From: an uncultured Actinomycetota bacterium
GTDB taxonomy: Bacteria; Actinomycetota; Actinomycetes; Prado026
DNA length: 64,000 nucleotides
Direction: 5' to 3'
NCBI GenBank assembly: GCA_963711005.1
Contig: CAVQCJ010000003.1
Span: forward strand, 160,119-224,118
Shown here piece after piece: positions 54,072 to 60,046 of this stretch. Numbering within the stretch: the first letter of the stretch is position 1; each line of letters begins with the position of its first letter. Position numbers and translations under genes: made by a program. The notes below the pieces were generated by a model. That model was given only the letters and a program-made list of their open reading frames with translations. It was not told the DNA's origin and made no database searches.

Positions 54072-55004
54072 TCAGGTCCATGGCCGGACCAGGACGTCCA
54101 GGACGATCACGAGGGAGAGCACGCTCAGATACGTGATCGACCAGTGGAACAGCCGCATCGAGGCCGGGTCGGTGCCGCGCAGCACGCGGGCCCGCAGCCT
54201 GGCCGCCTCCCGCAGGAAGACCGCCCCGAGCAGGACCGCGGCCAGGCCGTACCCCACGTCGAGCCCCGCGACGGGCCACAGCAGGAGCGACACCGCGACC
54301 ACGGCCCAGGAGTAGACCCAGATCTGGCGGGCCACGACCCGGTCCGACGCGACGACCGGGAGCATCGGGACACCCGCAGCCGCGTAGTCGTCGCGGAACC
54401 GCATGGCCAGCGCCCAGAAGTGCGGCGGCGTCCAGGCGAAGATGATGCCGAACAACACCACCGGGGTCCAGGCGAGGGAGTCGGTCACGGCCGCCCAGCC
54501 AATGAGCACCGGCATGCAGCCGGCTGCGCCCCCCCAGACGATGTTCTGCGCGGTGCGCCGCTTGAGTACCTTCGTGTACACCAGGACGTAGAAGGCGATC
54601 GCGGCCACGGTGAGCGCGGCAGCGAGCCCGTTCGTCGCTGACCACATGGCCACGGTGGCGATCAGCCCGAGGACCGACCCGAACACCAGCGCACCCGACG
54701 GGGAGACGGTGCCCGCGGTGAGGGGGCGGCCAGCCGTCCGTCTCATCAGCGCATCGATGTCACGGTCCAGGTAGCAGTTCAGCGCATTCGCGCTGGCGGC
54801 TGCGCAAGCACCGGCGAGCAGGGTGCCGAACGCCAGCCGCGGGGCTGGCACGCCTCCGGCCGCCAGCACCATGGCGGGAACCGTCGTCACCAGCAGGAGC
54901 TCGATGATCCGCGGCTTGGTCAGGGCGACGTACGCGCCGAGGACCGCCAGCGGCGGCCGGTGACCCAGAACGGTCTCGGGCGCAGCGAACGTCACGCACC
55001 TCAC
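54072..55004 (-). CDS. ctaB: protoheme IX farnesyltransferase (heme O synthase)
   Basis: ORF 54072..55004. YVALTKPRIIELLLVTT, ANALNCYLDRDIDALMRRT and WTPPHFWALA are UbiA-family CtaB/CyoE signatures. Confidence 0.9.
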   Translation of the reverse strand: MRCVTFAAPETVLGHRPPLAVLGAYVALTKPRIIELLLVTTVPAMVLAAGGVPAPRLAFGTLLAGACAAASANALNCYLDRDIDALMRRTAGRPLTAGTVSPSGALVFGSVLGLIATVAMWSATNGLAAALTVAAIAFYVLVYTKVLKRRTAQNIVWGGAAGCMPVLIGWAAVTDSLAWTPVVLFGIIFAWTPPHFWALAMRFRDDYAAAGVPMLPVVASDRVVARQIWVYSWAVVAVSLLLWPVAGLDVGYGLAAVLLGAVFLREAARLRARVLRGTDPASMRLFHWSITYLSVLSLVIVLDVLVRPWT

Positions 55005-55178
55005 CCCTGTCCCTGGCCGAGTGGACCCGGTGCCCCCAAGGATCGAGCGTCTTGTTCAGTCGCACCCGAACCATACGGCCGCGATCCCCAGGTAGTAAAG
55101 ATCAAAATGCAGAGTCAGGAAAGCGTGTTCCGGACGCCTTCTGCGACCGGGACCACGGCCAGTGACCGAGCGCTCCGG

Positions 55179-55784
55179 TCAGGACTTCGGTGCCAGCTGG
55201 GCGAGCAGCTCGGAGAGCTCAGCAGCAGTCGTCGGCCCGATGACGCGCGCGGCCACCCGGCCGGTCCGGTCGACGATCAGCGTGCTGGGGATCGCGCTCG
55301 CTGGGACCAACCGGAGACTGCCGAGAAGGGCGCCGTCGCTGTCGACCAGGCTCGGGTAGGGCACGTGGTTCGAGGCCATGAAGGTGCGCCCCGCGGAGTC
55401 GCTGTCCTGCTCATCGATCCCCACGAAGGTGACGCCTCGGTCAGCGGTCGCCCGCGACACCGCCACCAGGGCCGGGACCTCGCTGCGGCAGGGGTAGCAC
55501 CACGAGGCCCAGCTGTTCAGGACGACCACCTGGCCGCGCAGGTCCGTCATCGACAGGCGAGCCCCGGCCAGGGTCGTCCCGGACAGTTCGTTCACCGCTG
55601 GACGTGAACCGACCTTCCAGGTGGTCACCCCCACCACGGTCCCGCCGGTACCGGGTGTCGGACTCGCGTCCGGAGCGGGCGTGACGGTCGAGCATGCGGC
55701 CAGCCCGGCGAGCAGCACACCTAGGACGAGGTGACTGGCCACGCGTCGTGCGCCGGCATGTCTGCTCAGGCACGAGACTCGCAC
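55179..55784 (-). CDS. TlpA/ResA-like thiol-disulfide oxidoreductase lipoprotein
   Basis: ORF 55179..55784. Lipobox LLAGLAAC. Thioredoxin motif WASWCYPCRSE. Confidence 0.8.
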   Translation of the reverse strand: MRVSCLSRHAGARRVASHLVLGVLLAGLAACSTVTPAPDASPTPGTGGTVVGVTTWKVGSRPAVNELSGTTLAGARLSMTDLRGQVVVLNSWASWCYPCRSEVPALVAVSRATADRGVTFVGIDEQDSDSAGRTFMASNHVPYPSLVDSDGALLGSLRLVPASAIPSTLIVDRTGRVAARVIGPTTAAELSELLAQLAPKS

Positions 55785-55882
55785 CGACGCAGAGTACCTG
55801 TCGCGGCGGCCCGTGCTCGGAGGGCCGCCGAGATGGCCGGTGCACCTGTGGGTGGACAGGACTGCGCCCTACTCTCGTCTGC

Positions 55883-56569
55883 GTGACGTCAGCTGAGTCC
55901 ACCCGGAGCCCGATCAGCATCACGGTCACGGCGCTCCTGGTGATCGTCTGCTGCCTGCTGCTCGGCAGGTGGCAGCTCGGCCGGGTCGACCGTCCCGTGG
56001 ACGGGTACTCCGCCGAGCCAGCCGCGGTCACGCTGGACGCTCTGGTGCCCGCCGGTGCGTCCGTGAGTCCCGGTGACGTCGCCCGCCAGGTGACGCTGAC
56101 CGGCACCTACGACGGGCGCGCGCAGTCGACCGACCCCGGGCACACCGTGGCTGGGCTGACCGTGTACTGGGTCGTCACGCCGTTGGTGCTGCCCGACCGG
56201 AGCCGGGTACAAGTCGTCCGCGGCTGGGTGACGGCGCCCGGCCAGCCGCTCGCCCAACCCCCGGCCGGAGCCGTCACGCTCACGGCCCGGCTCGAGCAGG
56301 GACAGCTCGCAGGCGGTCAGGGTCCGTGGCGGCTGACGTCCGGCTACCTGGTGCGTACCGCCCAATCCCCTCCGGATCCGCTCTCGCTGCAGCCCGTCCC
56401 GGTGCCTCCGCCGCCGAACCAGGCCCCTGGGGAGTTCCACCTACAGAACGCGATCTATGTCACGCAGTGGTGGCTACTCGCAGTGATCATGGTGCTGTTC
56501 TGGTGGCGGCTGGTCCGTGCCCACCGCACGCAGCCGGACGACGCCGCGCCGGTTGGCGCCCGCGGCTGA
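55883..56569 (+). CDS. SURF1-family cytochrome oxidase biogenesis protein
   Basis: 3' part of ORF 55694..56569 from GTG 55883. An N-terminal TM helix with LLLGRWQLGR and a C-terminal HLQNAIYVTQWWLLAVIMVLFWW match the SURF1/Shy1 layout. Confidence 0.75.
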   Translation: MTSAESTRSPISITVTALLVIVCCLLLGRWQLGRVDRPVDGYSAEPAAVTLDALVPAGASVSPGDVARQVTLTGTYDGRAQSTDPGHTVAGLTVYWVVTPLVLPDRSRVQVVRGWVTAPGQPLAQPPAGAVTLTARLEQGQLAGGQGPWRLTSGYLVRTAQSPPDPLSLQPVPVPPPPNQAPGEFHLQNAIYVTQWWLLAVIMVLFWWRLVRAHRTQPDDAAPVGARG

Positions 56570-56573
56570 GGGT

Positions 56574-57356
56574 TCAGGAACCGAACGAGCTGGCGACCAG
56601 AGCGATGCCATGCCCCCAGGACGTCAGCGGGCCGGCCGGCAGGTAGGCCGTACCGGCGGCCGTGTGGTCGATCATCGGGATGGCGACGTAGCGTTCCCGA
56701 CCCTGCGGATCGATGAAGTAGACCACCGAGGTGTGGACGATGTCCGCGTCAGGGCTGGGAGCCGAGACAGCGACGTTGTACGCGTGCCAGACCGCCTCGA
56801 GACTTGACACGTCTCCGGTCAGGAAGTGCCAGGTCGGAACGGTGTTCAACCGCTGCGCGTTCGAATAGGCAGCCATGTCGGCGACGCTGTGGTGATAGGC
56901 GTTGACGTTGACGGCCAGGAACACCACGTCCGAGGACGGGCCGAGCTCGCGGTACGCGTCGATGAACTCTTGCGACACGATGGGACACACATCGGTGCAG
57001 TGCGGATCCATGAACTCCAGCACGACCGGATGGCCTCGGAGACCGGCCAGGGCGAGGGTGCGACCGTCCTGGTCGACGAGGGTGAAGCCGGGGGCCTGCG
57101 CTGCCGGCACGGGCGACAGCGCCATCAGGTCAGCCAGGGAGGACGGGACGTCCGCGGGTATCCCGGTGGCCCGAGGCTGGCCGGTCGCCGCGGCTTGCGA
57201 CAACGCGTCCTTGACCTGCTCCCGGTGCCGGACCGCGAGTGCGGCGAACACAACCGCGCCACACGCCGCGAGGACGACGAGAGTCACCAGGGTCTTCGAG
57301 CGAGACGCCCGTGCCGGCGTCTCGTCACGCTCCAACGTCTTGACCTCGTCTGTCAC
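56574..57356 (-). CDS. SCO1/SenC-family copper chaperone
   Basis: ORF 56574..57458 trimmed to GTG 57356. TM anchor, then FMDPHCTDVCP (CxxxC) and a downstream His (AYHHS). Confidence 0.8.
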   Translation of the reverse strand: MTDEVKTLERDETPARASRSKTLVTLVVLAACGAVVFAALAVRHREQVKDALSQAAATGQPRATGIPADVPSSLADLMALSPVPAAQAPGFTLVDQDGRTLALAGLRGHPVVLEFMDPHCTDVCPIVSQEFIDAYRELGPSSDVVFLAVNVNAYHHSVADMAAYSNAQRLNTVPTWHFLTGDVSSLEAVWHAYNVAVSAPSPDADIVHTSVVYFIDPQGRERYVAIPMIDHTAAGTAYLPAGPLTSWGHGIALVASSFGS

Positions 57357-57769
57357 GCAATCATCGTGACTGCTGCGCTGCTCGTGGGCAACCGTTCGCA
57401 GACCTCGGTCAACCGACCTCGGCCATGATCTCGTCGGAGACGTCGTAGTAGCCCACACGTTCTGAGCGTCGTCCTGTCCTCGAGCGCCTTGGCCAGGCGG
57501 AGCACCTTCGGCGCGATGCTGGCCGGACCACCTGGCGTCAGGCTCGAGCCGTCGAGCCGCCCTTGCGACGCTCGTACGACTCTCCGTGGGACAGAGCTTG
57601 CTCGCCTAGACGCCCTTCAGGCCATCGCTTGGGCTCGCGCGGTGACCGGTGACCTAGCGGCGATCGACGTCTTCCTTCGGATCGTGGACAAGCTGCCGGA
57701 CTCCTCAGGCTCAACACCTCGCCGAACACGAGCACAACCGTGCTGAGGACGGCTCGAACCAGCTTGTGG

Positions 57770-57870
57770 ATCGCGCCGCCCGCTCACGTGTCGCACGAGA
57801 CGATCTACCTGTCGCTGTTCGTGCAGGGCCGTGGCACGTTGCGCACGGAGCTGCACGCCCATCTTCCCGT
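57770..57870 (+). pseudogene. IS30-family transposase remnant (middle part)
   Basis: ORF 57740..57997: HVSHETIYLSLFVQGRGTLRTEL matches the conserved VSHETIY..LYVQ.RG.LR.EL block between the HTH and DDE regions of IS30 transposases. Nothing else of the gene remains. Confidence 0.5.
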
Positions 57871-57972
57871 GCGGAACTTCGCCCAGTGTCACCTACGCGA
57901 CAGCGTGGCCGCCGTCCGCTCGCCAGCCTTCCGGTGTGCACCGACTCCCGGTGCCGCACCAAGGAGGCCGAG

Positions 57973-58296
57973 ATGTCCGCACTCGCCCGCACCCTGACCC
58001 GCATCACCGTTGGGCTGGCTGCCCTCTTCTTCACCGGGCTCGGAACGGCTGCCTTCGCGGCGGTGCCTGTGCCCGACCCGAGCACCGCTTACAACGGCGG
58101 CTTCGACCGCGGCAACCCCACCGGGCTCGTGGTCGTCGCGCCGCCCGCGCAGCACCCGACTCAGGCGGCCGTGTCCGGGGTGAGCACACTCACCCTGCTG
58201 CTCCTGATCACCGCTGCGATCGTTGTCGCCGTGGTCGCCACGCAGGCCATCCATCGCCTGCGCACGAACAGTCCGACCCGCGCTGTCGCCGCCTGA
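57973..58296 (+). CDS. hypothetical secreted/anchored 107-aa protein
   Basis: ATG 57973 follows AAGGAGG (57961-67). Signal peptide ITVGLAALFFTGLGTAAFA and C-terminal TM helix LTLLLLITAAIVVAVVA with a basic tail. Confidence 0.5.
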   Translation: MSALARTLTRITVGLAALFFTGLGTAAFAAVPVPDPSTAYNGGFDRGNPTGLVVVAPPAQHPTQAAVSGVSTLTLLLLITAAIVVAVVATQAIHRLRTNSPTRAVAA

Positions 58297-59067
58297 GCAG
58301 GACGGGCAGGGCCGTGGTCACCGGGGCGGGCCAGTCGCCCGACCCCGGGGTCCGCGGAAGAGCGCGTCGCCGCTACCAACCCGGACCAGCCACCACCAGG
58401 TGTCTGCACCACTCGGGGAGAGGACAACATAAGCGCGGATTGGTGCTCTCGGGCCGGCCACGGCCGGCAGGCTCAGCGGACCCCCGGGGGGCTTCTCCCA
58501 TGGGCAGCCCGGGGGGTTGCACTGTTCGCTGGACGCCCGAGGGCCCGCAACTATGGGCCTACCCATCCTCGCCCGATGGGAACCGCCCCGCCCCCGGGGC
58601 AGTCCTCTTCCCCCCGTCGGCATCGGTCGCGCAAACGTCGGTCTTTACAGCACGAACCCCCCGGCCTACGAGCCTCCGGGGGGTTTCGTGGTCGTGCAAG
58701 GTCCTCGCGAGGACCTTGACCCGGCCCCTAAACCCGCCTTCGGGCAGCACGAACCCCCGGCGACGGGGGAGACACCGAGGGTCCGCTGAGAGCAACGGTA
58801 CGCCGCTACACAGCGCGCTTGACATTCTCGGCCTCGATCCGCCCGAACCGCTTTCTCGCCGACGCCGGTCCGGAAGTCCACGTACACCCGCTGGCCGCGC
58901 CAGCCGTGCGCAAACCCGGGGAAGCTGCCGACGACGGGACACCGCGGCCGGGTGATCGCGACGGTCACCTCGACCGGCTCAGGGAACGCCCGTTGGGGGG
59001 TCATTGGGTCAGTGTCTCGGTCAATGGCCGGGCTGTGACTTAGGTATCGCTTGGACAAGGTATGGCC

Positions 59068-59102
59068 GCGACGCCGGCCGAGCAGGCGCTCCCAGCTCCA
59101 TA
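59068..59102. repeat. inverted-repeat arm B (pairs with 40747..40781)
   Basis: GCCGGCCGAGCAGGCGCTCCCAGCTCCATA (59073-59102) is the exact reverse complement of 40747-40776. Directly followed by a hairpin-repeat unit. Confidence 0.9.
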
Positions 59103-59209
59103 ACGGCAGGGATGTTGGATCGGGGTGTCTCCCGCCCGGTCTGACTCGATGTAACGGCTGGCACCTCAGGTTGCCCTGTAAGTGATCCGTCGGCCGGGCG
59201 GGAGACCCC
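59101..59209 (+). other. composite structured non-coding element (two hairpin-repeat-like units enclosed by a long-range stem)
   Basis: First unit TAACGGCAGGGATGTTGGATCGGGGTGTCTCCC (59101-33; compare 30885-30913). Second unit GTAACGGCTGGCACCTCAGGTTGCC (59151-75). GGGGTGTCTCCCGCCCGG (59122-39) pairs with CCGGGCGGGAGACCCC (59194-209) apart from a 2-nt bulge. Confidence 0.5.
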
Positions 59210-59537
59210 TGGCACGGTCAAGCTCGTCGGAGTGACCTAGTAGGAGCCTGCTGGAACAGGCCCGTGCCTGTCCTGTCCGAACCGTCGGCCGCACCGTGCC
59301 CGCCCTGCCGCTGCAACCGACAAGGACGGACATGACCACGGCTTGTACGTTTTTCGCCCTTCACCTCTAGGCCGCGATCGGCTGACTCGGAGGCCGCGCG
59401 GGCGCCTGGCCGGACGTGCTGGGGGCTGCTTCAACCGGGCTTCAACCGGGCTGCGGCTGGCTAGCCACCAGCAGCAGCGAGGGTCGTCCTGCCCCACCAA
59501 GCCGGGGGCACCGGAACCCCTCGTGAAGGAGCTCGAC

Positions 59538-59918
59538 ATGGCCACCACCACCAGCCCCACCCGGACGACCCTCCCCACGACCGGCCCGACCGGGCGCCTC
59601 TCCCAGCCCGGGCGAGGGCACGCGCTGCGCTGGGTCGGCGTGGGACTGATCGTCCTCGCGGTGATCGCCGCGATCCTCGTGCTGTCCCACCGGAGCACGC
59701 CCATCCCGGCCAAGGCCGCGCCAGTCGGTGCCACGGTGGTCGGGGCCCAGGTCGGCGGGCAGCGCACCGGTGCGGACGCAGAGCGGCACTTGTACGGTGC
59801 CCGCGCCCTCGTCGACGCGCAGGGCACGCAGGTCGTGTCCGCACCGACAGGTTCCACCGCGACCAGGTCCGGCGCGGACCCGGAGCGACACTACTTCGAG
59901 TCGCGGGGCGGCCAGTGA
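59538..59918 (+). CDS. hypothetical single-TM protein with an internal GAD-x-ERH-aromatic repeat
   Basis: ATG 59538 follows GAAGGAG. TM helix WVGVGLIVLAVIAAILVL. Repeats GADAERHLYGARA and GADPERHYFESRG. Confidence 0.45.
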   Translation: MATTTSPTRTTLPTTGPTGRLSQPGRGHALRWVGVGLIVLAVIAAILVLSHRSTPIPAKAAPVGATVVGAQVGGQRTGADAERHLYGARALVDAQGTQVVSAPTGSTATRSGADPERHYFESRGGQ

Positions 59919-59937
59919 GTCCGACGACGCCAAGGGA

Positions 59938-59961
59938 AGGCCCGCGCCGAGGCGCGGGCCT
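59938..59961 (+). terminator. GC-rich stem-loop 20 nt after the stop at 59918
   Basis: AGGCCCGCGC-CGAG-GCGCGGGCCT, a 10-bp perfect stem. No U-tract. Confidence 0.45.
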
Positions 59962-60046
59962 CCCCTCGTCCGCTCGTCCTGGCGGCGGCGCCGACGTGTT
60001 CCCGTTTCCGAACCCGCCGGCGAGAACGGCTGGCTACCGTGACGGC

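Noticed and set aside
57489-57746. ORF with ..LARLDALQAIAWARAVTGDLAAIDVFLRIVDK.., possibly a terminase-small-subunit or transposase-helper fragment
   Set aside because: The resemblance is limited to a short helical string, with no start context or further motifs. I left it as unassigned decayed sequence next to the IS30 remnant.
58810-59010. Minus-strand ORF MTPQRAFPEPVEVTVAITRPRCPVVGSFPGFAHGWRGQRVYVDFRTGVGEK.. with an alternative-frame end ..RKRFGRIEAENVKRAV*
   Set aside because: It looks protein-like and may be a frameshifted remnant, perhaps MOSC-like. I cannot place it in a family, it has no clear RBS, and the frame must shift to reach a sensible end. This is too weak to call.
186-59175. 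Hairpin-repeat family or the 58.4-58.8 kb hairpin cluster read as a CRISPR array
   Set aside because: There is no regular repeat-spacer periodicity. Copies are kilobases apart and in both orientations, the repeat is only ~18 nt, and no cas genes are present.
59101-59209. Known riboswitch upstream of 59538
   Set aside because: I compared it by eye with the TPP, cobalamin (B12 box), ZTP, glycine, ydaO and SAM consensus features I remember, and none fits. Parts of the element are copies of the dispersed repeat. An Rfam scan is still needed.
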